A stretch of 61,967 bases of DNA from Paramecium tetraurelia (lineage: Eukaryota). The notes under the pieces are model-generated. The model saw only the letters and a program-made list of their open reading frames with translations, did no database searches and was not told the origin of the DNA. The position numbers were made by a program, and so were the translations under genes. Shown one piece after another: positions 39,740-53,063 of the stretch. How positions within the stretch are numbered: the stretch's first letter is position 1; the number at the start of each line of letters is the position of its first letter. Where the stretch lies: the NCBI GenBank assembly GCA_000165425.1, contig CT868653.1:310001-371967 (forward strand), in the 5' to 3' direction.

Positions 39740-40490
39740 TCCATATGAAATATGTATTTGAAAAAGTTCCTTATTCTAAGTCATTTAAGAAAAAAGGTTT
39801 CACTGCATTAGTGCTTTGATATTCTATAACCTTCTTCATAATACTTCCAGAAATGTATTCTTCAAAGTTCTATTGATTTAAAAAAAATTCATAACTATCT
39901 AAAGCCTACAGACCTTCTTTTGAATTGTATTCAGAAGTTAATCAGTTTTGGTTAATTTTTATGCTTATATTGGCTGATCTTCATCTGAATATAGAGTTTT
40001 TAACACTTTGATCTCTCTCTATTCCTTATAATATGAATGTTTTATTTATCTAGCAAAAATATCTTAATCAAATTGGATATTATTTATGTTTTCTTATAGA
40101 CTTCTCTGAAATTACTTGATTATTATTCTACATCTTCTTATTTTGATTCAAATAATAAAACACTATATCTATCTATATTTAAGCAAATCCTACTATTATT
40201 CTTTATAGTTTATGAGTCAAGGTGTCATATTAAATGCAGATTTATTTTCTTATATACTTTTAAGTTTAATTGTATTTTTTATTCTAAATATTATAGAATT
40301 AAATAACTGTTGAAATTCTATCATATAAATATATAATTTTTTTTTTGAGTATTCCAGTAAATATTCAAGAACAGTTCCTAAGTCTAGCCATAAAAGACTT
40401 TTACTCAATTTTGCTTGTACTAATGGTTTTAAGGTGAATATGCTTAAAAACCAGTTTTAAACAAAAAAATAATTCCATAAAATTTACTAG
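39740..40490 (-). pseudogene. Degenerate coding-like region
   Basis: Coding-like fragments in shifting frames; no intact model. Confidence 0.2.
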
Positions 40491-40526
40491 TTATTTGAAT
40501 TTTTTTCTTAATTCTATTATTTCAAT

Positions 40527-41726
40527 ATGTGGTATTTCAACATTAAAAAACCAACTATTGTCATCGACAATGGATCATATGAATTAAAGGCAGGATTTTA
40601 AGGACATTATGCTCCTTCATGCCGTATACCTACTGTTGTAGGAAGACCAAAACTTGAAAATTCGGACGAAGATTTTGAAGATCAATATTTTGGAGAAGAG
40701 GCTATGGCTAAAGCAAATGCCTTGTCACTTAAATACCCAATTCAACGAGGTATTATAAATGATTGGGATGGTATAATATATATAAATATGATATTGATAT
40801 GGAATCAATTTGGAATCATGTGTTATATCATAAGTTGAAATAAGAAGAATCTGAGCACCCAATTCTTTTGACTGAAGTTCCAATTAATCCAAATGCGAAC
40901 AGAGAAAAGACAATGTAGATCCTATTTGAAACATTCCAAGCACCGTTAATCTCACTTGTTAATAAAGCTGTGCTACCACTTTATGCTGTAGGAAAGTTAA
41001 CTGGTGTTGTTGTAGATTCTGGATAGGATGACACAAACATAGTTCCAGTCTATGAAGGTTATTACCTTTAACATGCTGTTCTCAGAAGAGATTATGCAGG
41101 AAATGCTTGCACTTAAGAGTTTCTTTAAATCTTGAATAAATCAGGATATTATTTTTATAAACACTATTATCGATCTCTTATCATTGAGATGAAAGAGAAA
41201 TTATGTTATGTTGCTTAAGACTATGATAAGGAAATAAAGAAATACAAGGAAAGTGGTGCCGAAGACACCAAATATGAATTACCAGATGGAGATTTTATAA
41301 CCATTAAAAATGAAAAATTCAGGTGTTCTGAATTACTCTTCAAGCCTTATTAAGAAGTGGAAGTTGGAATTCATGAGTTAGTATATAATTCATTAAAAAA
41401 GTGCGATCCTTCACTCTAATTATACCTGTAAGATTATAATTTATTTTTTTAGCTATTTAAACATTATACTCTCAGGAGGTAATACTCTGTTAAAAGGATT
41501 CAGACAAAGATTGTAGAAAGAATTAAAATCTATGCCTCCTGAATCAATAAAACCTAAGAGCCTACTTCGCTACTTTGATATTGAAGACACATCTGAACAT
41601 AATTTCATATCATGGAAAGGAGGAGAAATCTTAGCATCATTAGATTCATTCCTATTTACATGCTTCGAAAGAAAAGAATACGATGAGTAAGGCCCATCCA
41701 TTGTTCACAGATGGATGTATAAATGA
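40527..41726 (+). CDS. Divergent actin / actin-related protein; first intron lacks an AG acceptor
   Basis: IVIDNGS..KAGF, PTVVGRPK, LKYPIQRGII.DWDDME.IW, EHPILLTE, GVVVDSG, YELPDG, IILSGG, WKGGEILASL. Confidence 0.88.
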
Positions 41727-42063
41727 GATTGATTTAATAATAATAATTATAAATTTCCTGGCATTTTTAATTTTACAATTTCAATCTTTCATTAATAAAA
41801 ACCTTTATAGAAATTTAGAGAAATTATTTAAGAGATCATAAATTAGCTTGATTTATAAAGAAACAAAGCATTAATATACTTTATTAAGCATTCAATAAAT
41901 AATAATGCCTAGTTCACCAATAACTCTAAAGTTATATTTTTGTATAACTTACAAGTTAAACTTGGAAATTTAAAAGACAGTTTCAGATTTGAAGAGATGT
42001 ATTATTTAAGCAGATATAAAATTAAAACTATTTATCCTGTTACGCATATACCCATCAGTTAAA

Positions 42064-42576
42064 TCAATTCGTAGTATTACTTTGATTGTAAATAACATCA
42101 ACTGGTGCTCCTTCTCGTAAATTAGATTTTCTGTACAATTCATCTAGATTTAATGGTCCTGACTTAAGCTCTTATTATGCAATTGGGGTTTCTTCTATTT
42201 ATCTTTTGATGGAATATTCTTTAGTAAGGGATTGTCTTTTTCCCTTTTCTCCCAAACATTCTTGAGATTTCTAATTTGAATAACAACATGCAAATCCCCA
42301 ACCCAAGACTTCATTCCAGTAACTGCCCCAAATTTAAGTATGCTAGCCAATATATTTATCCTCTTCATATTTAGATTTCGGTGTTTATTTTGTGACTTAA
42401 ACCACGATTTCTTATTCTTTTTTTTACAATTTCAATTCTTTTTTATCTTTTGAATTCATTTTATCGGATTAGGTAGATAATTTAACAGTAGCCGGTACTT
42501 TTTTAGTTCTCTCATAACAAAACTTGGCTATGTGATCTTTACCTCCACAATTACTACACTTTTATGAATTGGCCAT
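42064..42576 (-). CDS. Miniature Slu7-like splicing factor, 170 aa
   Basis: CSNCGGKDHIAKFCYER zinc knuckle and [31 protein letters not shown]...CLGEKGK, both Slu7 signatures, in one intact intronless frame. Confidence 0.8.
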
Positions 42577-42610
42577 TTATAATAATAATAATTTATTTAA
42601 TTAATATTAT

Positions 42611-43004
42611 TCATCCTTTCCCAAGTACATCATCTCTTAAGGATTCACAAACTTCTACTACTTCAGCCACAATATCTTCTGGAAGTGCTAAATTTACAAG
42701 AGTGTCGCTTAAGTGTTTCACAACAAGATTAAAATGAGTATCATCTATTCCTAATCCTCTATGTGCTTCTAACATATCCCTTCCTGTGTAATTCGAAGGT
42801 CTAACTTATATAATAGTCGTACCCTCCAAAAAGCATAGTTAGAAAAGCCTACATCTAAGAATTGAGCTTCTTCATATCTGTTTTTACAAAGAAGCTCTTT
42901 AATTTTGGGTCATTCTACAACTTTTATAACAGTTTATCAACTGTAAAATCAATAGCCATACTTTATCCCAATCTTTCATAGATAGTTTTTTTCTAATTAA
43001 TCAT
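42611..43004 (-). CDS. Group I truncated haemoglobin (2/2 fold)
   Basis: TIYERLG...FF..TDM...FL.MLFGGPSNYTGRDMLEAH(F8)RGLGIDDTHF; one 22-nt intron. Confidence 0.9.
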
Positions 43005-43051
43005 ATAATAAATTAGATACTTAAATAACAACCCTGGGATTGAATACTGTT

Positions 43052-44421
43052 TCAATAGGAGCCTAATTTTTTTAACTTGTATTATTAGGGATTGATAATT
43101 TAATTTCACTATCCCCCCAAGAGATTCTTTTTGATTTATTCTTATTGTTTGTTAAATTATTCATTTCCCATTAGATTTCTTGCAATTTATTCAGTTTAAT
43201 CTATGTCATTATCTGGATTCTAAACTCTTTAAAATTTATTTTCCATAATCTTAGATTCTACAACCTATTTATCTTACACTTTTTCATCTAAACTAATAAA
43301 TATTGAATTATACTAATTTAAATAGTAATGGGAGGTTGATTTTCATCAGCATCATATTAATTAGCATTAACTTGGATGGTGATTTTACCATTATTAAACG
43401 TATTAGTTTTTTATCCATTAATAGCCAAACACCAGTCATATTGATAATCCCAATCATATCCATGTTTCTAAAAGAGTTCTTTGAACATCTTTCTGAGAAA
43501 ACTGTAATCTGGTTTATCTTCAAATCTTAATGATCGACAATAATTTAGATAGGTTGAAAATTCAACTAAGAATATGATATTTGAATTTACTTGGCAAGGT
43601 CTTACATAAGACTTCAACTGGGGTAGTCATTTTCTTTTCCATAATCTTATGATATTTTTCTTATTTATTATTTGCCTTGATTCCTTACCAAGGTAAGTAA
43701 CTCCTTAGTAAGTAGACCATCACGTAACCAATAGCCTCTAAATCGTCTCTCCTAGATTACTCTATACCAAGATGTGCATTAATGCTGGCATATCTTGCTG
43801 TTCCTGTAAGATTTTTATTTTCTCTGTATGGGATATGTTAATGAGTTTTAGCATCCCTATATTTCTTACTCAAACCAAAATCGAGAATGTACTAAACTTA
43901 CTAATATGAATATGTACCACAGTATTGGACTTCCTGCCCAATCCTATAAGAAAGTTGTCTGGTTTAATATCTCTATGTATGAAGCTCTTGGAATGCATAT
44001 ACTCAACCCTTTGAATCATTTGATCTGCTAACATTATGACTGTCTTTAATGAAAATTTCCTTTGACACAAGTTAAATAAGTCTTCCAAATTTGGACCCAG
44101 TAAATCAATAATCATTACGTTCAATCCTGCCTCTTATCCAAAATAGTGCAATGTTGGAATGCCAACTAATTTTATTTATTACAAAAACTACTTCCTCCTG
44201 CTAATGCTTTGGTCACCTTTGCTTCAAATACTAATTGAGGATGCTTTGATTTGGCTTCTTCCTAAATATTTTCAAAATCAAATAATTACAAATTTAGCAG
44301 CCAATATTTCATTTGATTAACTTATGACCAAATAGATCTCACCAAAAGAACCACTACCCAGCCTTTATTAGGTGGTGTACTTTCCAGAATTTAATGGGAT
44401 ATTTTTAATCTCAGTCTGCAT
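43052..44421 (-). CDS. Casein kinase 1
   Basis: [68 protein letters not shown]. Confidence 0.95.
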
Positions 44422-44501
44422 TCAATTTTTAAAATATATATTAAATTTTTCAGCTTTCATTTATTCATTAATTAGATTATCATTATATATCACATCATCG
44501 C

Positions 44502-45086
44502 ATGAAAAATCAACAACACCCTTAACCCACTTAAATATCACCAAAAACTGCTTTTCAACCAACAATCCATCAGAAAAAATAACAATTTAATCAATTTTTT
44601 ACAGAATTGTTGCAAAAGAACTAAAGTTTAGTTTAAATATTCGAGCAATAAAGTTAAAGAACTTATGAGTATCCACAAGTCAATGTTGAAAAGCTTAGAT
44701 CCAATTCCTCATTTAGATAGTTCACTACTCGTGATTCTAATTCGAATTCCAATAATTCAAAAAATGTCAATCCCATTGATGTAATTAAGTTAAAAGACAT
44801 ACTAAATGCAAACGGAAAACCAAAAAAGGAAATCAAAATCGACCCTCAATTATCTTAAAAGGCATCACCAAAATATAATGCTACCCATCTAACTGACTTG
44901 TTGTCTGTTAATAACTAATAGTTATAGTAAAAACTTACAGTAAAGCCATCCCCTAAAATCTAATTATATAATCAATGCCAAGTACAAGAAAAAAATCTTC
45001 AACTAACAAACAAACTTATCAAAGAATTATAGAAAGAAAATAAGAATTTAGATATCGAGACCCCAAGATTTTATGGTATGACTTGA
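44502..45086 (+). CDS. Hypothetical low-complexity protein
   Basis: ATG with in-phase TGA; Q/N/K-rich. Confidence 0.6.
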
Positions 45087-46194
45087 TAGGGACCATTCAA
45101 ATGATAAATATTTTACTTGTTTATAAATTATATATCAGTCAATATTATTGATAACTAAAAATAGGGCCAATTTAAAATTGTTGTTTCTCATTTTATGAAT
45201 ATTTTTTATTTTCTACAATTTAATCATTTATCTCAATAATTATATAAACATTAATACTATCAAGGTTTTTGTTCAATATCATAAATTTTTGATATACTAC
45301 TCTATTTATAAGAAAGACAGAATATTTTCAAAACATAATCAATTTTATTTTATCTTCAACATTTCTTTCTTTAGGCTGATAAATCAAAACTATTTAATTA
45401 TTTCATTGTTATGCTGAGACATGTAGAATATTTTACTTATCCTCTACATTCTTATAAATGTTTCTTCCGGTTCTTAATAATAAATATACAACTTTTAATT
45501 TAATCTAAATTTTAAAGTTATTATCCACAAATTCAACCTTCAACTGAATAATTTTTAATGAAAATTATAATATATTAGATGGATAAATTAGTGTTTAAAT
45601 CTTCTTAAAAAATTCCCATAAATATTGAATTACTTTAAAATTCATTTTTGATTCATTATTAAATAATTTAGTACTGTTAATATATATATTTTATTATAGT
45701 CTTTCCATTAATCAATCAAATCAACCAAATACTTAGATAGTCTTCCTTACATTGTCTTCCACATTATGAAATTTATTATTCTCTAAATTATTTAATAAAG
45801 AAATATTAAGGAAACTATAGTTACTTTATTGATGTTCTCTCCACACAAACTTCTGAAGCAGACTATTCATTTAGAGTAATTATCATATTGATTGCTTTGA
45901 AACAAATAAAATATTGTTGACTTCTTCAAAAAAAAATATATTCTATTGCTATTATTTTTCTTTTTGTCAGCAGATTAGTCATTAAATTTCAAGAAATGTT
46001 GATGAGCTTGGTTGAAGAAGATGTATATTTCATTAAGATCCTTTTTTTTTCTAATATTCTTTCATAATCTGATATAAAAGTACACATATACTTTCCTATT
46101 CATTTAGAGTTTTTACAAATTAATACATTGTATTTTAGGGTCAACCATTTGTAAATTCAATTAAAAATAAAATAGTTAAAAAAATAAATCAATT

Positions 46195-47733
46195 TCATTT
46201 TCTTTGCATTATGTAATGGATTCCCATATATTGATCTTAGCAATACAAGATAATTTGGGAAGATTTCTAATTGTTTTAGAAGCAAATCATAGAATATTCT
46301 CCAGTAATTTCTTGTATTTAAACAAATTAATTATTTGAACCTTTTTAATGGATTCTCACTTATTTATCTAAAAGAACAATTAATAATTTGTTCTCTTCAT
46401 AATACTTAATTTATAGCAAAGATTTTTTTATTAAATTACTTGTACAAACTTACTCAAAAATATGTCTGTTTTTCTGTTCATAGATATATATATTTCCGAC
46501 ATTTGATCCGATATAAATTTACTTGTTCGCCGTAGTTATACAAGTTGCTTACTAATTTTCTAAAGATATCTATTATAATTAAGAAAAAAAGTCTTTGGAA
46601 TTACTTAAAATATGTAACTTGCCATCTCCAATAACATACAATTAATCGCATTCTTTATTTATTTATATATCAATTATTTTATGAATTGAATCTATTTCTT
46701 TACGTGATGGCATTATTCCGTCTTAATACTGAAAGCATTTAATACTATCATATCCCCCTACTGAAATTATCTATGTGTGAATTTAATTTACAATCAAAAA
46801 ATTGATCCTACCATAGTGTGCGTTGCAGTGATCCTTTTTATTCCAAATGTTTTTGGTATATTAATAAGTCGATATGTTCCCATTTTCATATCCGACAAAT
46901 AGTAAGCTATTTGATTCATTGAATGCTAATGCAGTAGCTTATTCTTAAGAATTTTCATCTATTTCTTGTTAAACTTATTGACTTTTAATCTCAAAATTTT
47001 ACTCTATTGATTTGATTTCCAAATTCGAACAGTTGTATGGATATTATCCTTAAATTAGAGTATTCCCATTTTAATTGAAAATTGCAGCAGATACTAAACT
47101 GGTTTTAAATTCATTTTTTTTTACATACGATAAACTATTGTTTCCAATTATTATTGATTTTTACACTGATGTCTATTATAAAGGTGGTTAAACTACAGAA
47201 GGGTTAGAGGAGAAACCAGTCCCTTTTATCAATTTAATTATCATTTCGAAAAGTAAAACCATTTGATTTTTCCAATTTTATTCGAAATCGCGTGCCAATT
47301 TAGTGGCTTTAACAAGAGGACTTTCCTCTGGTTCACCATTATAAATAAAATTTGATATAATCTCTAAATCATCTTATGTAAACTCATTATAGTTTTTTCG
47401 ATAGTTAAGATATTTCTCTAATTAGGTTAACTCAAATTCACTTTAATCAATTGTTCCTTCAATAGAAGTTAAAGCTTTGTCGATTATATTATTAATCTCT
47501 GACTTAAGAACTTATATTCTGTTTCTAAATTTGGAATAAGTTTGATGAATGGGTAAAAAGATCACTTACAAGGTATCCAAAATCTGATAAATTTAAAATA
47601 ACGATGTTCCTTCGCCTGCACATTTATAACATAAACCTCTTTTTGAAGAATTTATTTTTTTCTATTTTATTATTCTATTAATTGGCAACTAATGCTCTGA
47701 GCATAGAATATGATTAAAATGATCTTGATCCAT
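46195..47733 (-). CDS. N-terminal Zn-finger-like/coiled-coil protein with WD40-like beta-propeller, 512 aa
   Basis: Intronless frame; CSEH...CYKC; repeats ATALAFNESNSLLFVGYENGNI, AHYGRINFL..IISVGGYDSIKCF. Confidence 0.75.
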
Positions 47734-47839
47734 TATTTTTTCGATACAAATATATAAATAATAAATTATTAATTCATTAGTTCACTTATCCAAATATTAT
47801 ATGTATTAATTCAATAATAAAATTATTTTCCTTAATAAT

Positions 47840-48852
47840 AGAATTGATTCTCAAGGAAATATACTTCTTAGGTGATTTATCTTATTACAATCTGATTATT
47901 TTTTTAAAGATCTCTTCTCAACATTCACTTCCATTTGTCCTCAATTACAAAATTTTGTTATTAAAGTCTGTTTTATTAGATATTATTATGTTTCTAAGTT
48001 GATAAATAAAATTTATCTAAATTTTGTATTAGTATGGAGTATAATTGATAAATAATTTTCTATTCTTATTGTAGAATAGATGCAATTTTAATTTTAACTC
48101 TTTAATAAAACTCTCACTATAAATTGGAATAGAAAGTCATGAATTATAGTAAATTCTTAAAATTTATGTTAGTTTTTATCAATGATTTAAACTAAACTAA
48201 GAATTTAAACTCTGGAATAAATTTATTTATTCATAACTTTTTCAAAATTAGCGACAGAATCTTATTTAAATAGAGAAATAATATTAATTAGATACCATAA
48301 ATTGTGATATTCATCAATTATTCTTCTTCTCTAGGATATTTTAATAAAATTATAAGAATAATATAGACAGCAAATTGATAATCTTGAAAAATGGATCCAA
48401 TTAATGTATTTTACATCAAAAAATAAATAAAAGATCTTATCGAATCAACTAAATTATATTATTATTTCATAGTTTTAGATAGCTACAATTGAGATCAAAT
48501 AGAAAAGTTGTGTCTTAAATTGTACCATGTATCATTAAATTTAATATTTTTCTTTAAAAGGAAGATACTAAAGTTTCTTATCTGATTAGAAAGTCTATTA
48601 AATCCACTTATAAAAGAAGGCTAAGAAATTTATTAGGATTAGAACAAACTTTGGGATTCCATTCGAAAACTGCCAATCGAGAAGGGCTAATTAATGAAAT
48701 TTATTGTTTTTCTTCCAAATTAAAATTAACAAGATTATAAATTTTAAGATCTAAGGACAAAATAGATGTTTTTGTCACAATCAATTTCTGAATAATTTAC
48801 TAAATCAAAGTCAAATGTAACAAAACTTTAATATAAGAATAATTTATAATGA
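47840..48852 (+). CDS. Hypothetical protein (5' boundary uncertain)
   Basis: Coding-like frame with candidate tiny introns, ending in TGA near 48850. Confidence 0.3.
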
Positions 48853-48889
48853 TTTATTTTGTAAAATTGTATTGGTCTTATAAATATTT

Positions 48890-51800
48890 TCAAAATAACT
48901 TAAATGTATCATAATAATCTTTGAAAAACTTTACTGAAATATCTTTTTTCTATTATTTTGATAATTTATTATAACTTGAACTTGAACTCATCAAATTATA
49001 CAACAATCGTAATGGGATCAAAGTCTAAAAGTGATAATTGAAGTGTACTTACTTTCGATTTTTAGATATATTAATCAATCTCCTCATATTATTAGGAATT
49101 GAAGACTTTCAAGTATTCTAATTACATAATAGTGATCTTTGGATTAAGCACGACTTCCTTACTATTCTTCTAACTCGATTCTATTGATTAACAACATGTA
49201 GTATATTCGAAAACCATTTGATCTCTACCTATTGAATTTAACTATTATTAATTCAAGCATATTACTTTTTTAATTTTTCCGTAGGTTTCCAATAATATAT
49301 TCAAACAGTGTTCTGCTAAAAACGAAAAAATATCCTTTTGAGCATTTGGTGGTATTACACCTCCTCCTATGCTTTTCAATCTTTCTTTTTAATCAATAAT
49401 AAATTATATCAATCTATCCAAATAAATACTATTATTTTCATTGTGTAGATCTTTGAGATCCCACCTTTATTATGGCACATATTATACAATTCCATCGATC
49501 TTTATATAGGTTTACACAAAATTTCTATAAATGAATTCTTTATATTGATTATAGACTTCTTTAAAAATATCAAAGTTTTATGATGTTATTCCAATCAGAG
49601 AGAATACAGTTTTAGTTTAAGAAAGTAGATATGCTAAGGATTCCGAAGCTATTGCTCTTTCTGCAATATCAACAAATTATCTTTTCTCTTTGGATTAAAA
49701 TATATCTAGCTCTTTAGAATCAATTCCTTCTTTGCTAAACCTCTATACAAATCTTTTGAAATAACAAAATCGCTCTTATAGAACTAAACAATCACTAAAT
49801 GAATCATAAGTTTAAACAAAGAATTCAGTTTCTTTGCTTTCATCAAACTTTATTATTTGTGCAAAATTTTCTAACAATTATTTTTACTAATGTATCCCCA
49901 CCAATTAATTATACGAAACAAACATATAGAGTTCAAGCAATTGAAGGAAGTTACTTACGATTTGTTATTGGCATGAAGGGTGATAGAAGGAGAGCAATGC
50001 ATATTATGGTAACAATTCCAAGATTCTTATGCTGGATGATGATAAAACTGATTCAATTTAATTCAAAACTCCTGTGGATTAAGTGGTATACTTCTTAATC
50101 CAAATTGCTTTGATAATTAGATCGAACTCTTCCTATTACAGTACAAAAGGATTTTGATATTCAAATAAATAAAACAATTGCATCTCCTTATCATTATTTA
50201 TTAAATCTTAAAAATCAACTGTTTTCTTTGCTTCTTGTTGGTAGTTTTCTTCTCTTTTTTCAATCAAATATTCAAACAGCTTTTTATTAACTTAATTCAA
50301 AATTTTTAGCTATTCTAATTATGCATTTAATTTTGAATCTTTTGTTAAAGGCAATCTTTGGTACAATTCATTCTGTAAGTACGTACTTATAGATTTTAGA
50401 TTTGCTTTATGAAACTATTAAACAAAGCTCGTATAGATATCGATTATGCATTTAGTCAAACTAAATATATTTATATGCATACTTTTGGGAATCAGAATGA
50501 CTAAAGTCTTCGGCTCTTTTAATTAATAAGCAATTATAGCCTAAGAAGTAGATTAATTGTTCAATAACAAGCGATTTAATATTGATTAAATGAGCAGTGA
50601 TGATTTTCGCAAGTTTCTTTTAAATTTATTGCCAAATTAGCTATCTCATTTCTAAATATGATTGTCTAATCTATTCAGTATACTCTTCGAATTTACTATT
50701 GCTTTACTCTTCTTCTATTGTAAAATCGTTTTCTTAATGGAATCTATTGCAATAGTGGAAATTTAGCATTTATTCTACTAATTCACTATATAACAATTTG
50801 TAGAATTAGAGTAAGTCTTCATCTTAACAATTTTGATAGATCTTGTTAGGAATATAGGATTATTCAAATAACTTTATGGCATTTTTGAAGGTTAAGCTAA
50901 TACTCTTTTTTGCCAAACCCCAAATTTAAGTTAAGTAGGATTGCATTTGATAATGTTTTTCAATGAAATAATAACTTTTCAAAAGAGAACAATATTTCTT
51001 TTCATCAAACTTCATAAAATTAGCTAGAATGCCTTATTTAATTCTTTCTTTTAAGGATTCTATTTTATTTTCAAAAAAATTATCGCTAATGCAGGATAAT
51101 TTCAATTCATTCAATTTATATTTATTAATATTAACTTGTGTCTCTTTCATAATTGGTATGATTTCATATGCATTATCATCGTATTTATTCATTGCTTAAG
51201 CCAATTAACCAAAGGTCTATTTTAGTATCATCAGTTTTTCTAATGTATACTTAATTCTTTAGATGGATTTGTATTTTTCGACAATTTACAATTATTGTTT
51301 TAATGATGAAGTTCTACTTTATTACAATAACTATCTAGTTTAGGTTACTGTCTAATGTAGAGTTGTACTTTTATCACACCATACATTAATTTAATCTATG
51401 CCTTGAATAAACTGAGGAGCTTTTAGAATACATTATTACGCATATTGGGATTCAATAATTTACTCTGTTTAGTTTAGATTGGCAAGGTAGTTTGAAGTTT
51501 CCTTTAATCCATCACCATTTTAACGAATAGTAGCTTTGTATAATCGGTAGATGTGCTAAAGTTATTATTTGATTAAATCAGTTTATGATATGTCAACGTT
51601 AAACTAATTGATGTCTATAGGATACTAGTCTATTGATAAAAGTTAATTCTTTGATTTTATGGATTACTAAAATGATGATATAGATTAATATATTTACTAA
51701 GCTGGATTGCAGTTAGTTCAACAAAAGATTGCCAAATTCGGTTTAAGAATTGATGAGGAAATCTGAATTGGTTGTCTGTAGTTTTTAATTGGATAATGAT

Positions 51801-51954
51801 GAATTAATAATTGCTCTATTTCGCATATGTCATTTTACCTAAATATTCTATCTTCATCCTTTTGGGATTCCAGAATTCTCTGCACAGATTCAACTGTCAA
51901 TGTATTTGAAGAATCACCAACAAGTTTGCGTAATATATAATTTTTTACATTCAT
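48890..51954 (-). CDS. VPS50/syndetin-like tethering complex subunit
   Basis: About 3-kb helical-protein gene; IAERAIASESLAYL and ETYGKIKK..GRDQM resemble VPS50 C-terminal motifs. Confidence 0.65.
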
Positions 51955-52430
51955 AATTAATTATTTATTTATTCTCAATATGGATCAAAGAAATAAAAGA
52001 GTATTCAAACTGACACTTTTTAAGAAACTAAGAAATATTTAATGTAGAAGTAGATGATAAAAATACATTCAGCTAAATTTCAATTATTTTAAAAGAGAAT
52101 TTAATTATTTTTTTTGTGATTTCTAATTTTGTAGTTTTAAATTGTTAATATAAAATAATAAAGTTTTTGGGTTTTTGAAATATAAATAAAACAAAGAGAA
52201 CTTTTAGAAAAAATAATAGTTTGATTAAATAAAATAATAAAATTGAGATTATTTTGTAAAATTTGAAATATCTAGAGGTTTATTGAATTATAATTATAAA
52301 TTGCTTCCCTTTACCTACAAATTATTAGTTGATTGTGAATCAATCAATTTAGTTTATTCTTATAAGAGTTATGATATGTAGTTTTACTGTTAAATTAGAA
52401 GTTAATATAATTTTGGATGATTTTATTAGA

Positions 52431-52990
52431 TCAATATTATCCGTAGGGGACTTATCTATTTTAAGAAACATCGTTTAGACCACTCTATTGAGGATTTTAC
52501 AATGAACCAGCTAGAATTTATAAAAGGATTACCAACTTAAGATTGATTTCCTCTGTAAGAATTAATTGCTACAATAACACCCACCTAGAGATAGATTTGA
52601 TTGAAATACTTTCAATAAGACATTTACAATGCTGATGAAAATAACGAAGACGTGAAGACCGTGCAAGTGTCCCCAGACAGGATTGTTTTTCTCAGTTGCC
52701 GTCCAAATGGATCCAACTGATAGGAGCCAAATTAAGTCCACCAGAATGAGGATTCCGTTCAAAACCATTAACTAGATTATGCAGATAAGGATTGATTTAC
52801 CATTAAAGAATTGGCCTTGTCATCTCTTGATATCCATAAATAATAGCAGAAAAAGGCAAATGGGAAATTAAAATCTGTTCTTATTAAACAGGCCATCACT
52901 GATAACCACTTTATCATATAAGGTTATTATTCTTACAGCAATGGACAGAAAAATCAGTTCAATTATTTTACTCAGCTTTTTTGATTCCAT
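52431..52990 (-). CDS. Small multi-pass membrane protein (AGTRAP-like pattern)
   Basis: RTDFNFPFA, ILVDLIWL, FISIVNVLLK; three introns. Confidence 0.6.
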
Positions 52991-53063
52991 CTTTTTTATT
53001 TTAGTAATGTATTTAATTATTATTCAATTAAATGAGATCTGTATTAAATGATTAATTAAAATA

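Noticed and set aside
45100..46150. AT-rich tract as continuation of a WD40 pseudogene
   Set aside because: On recount the WD40-like ORF is intact and stops at 46195; the remaining tract has no supportable model
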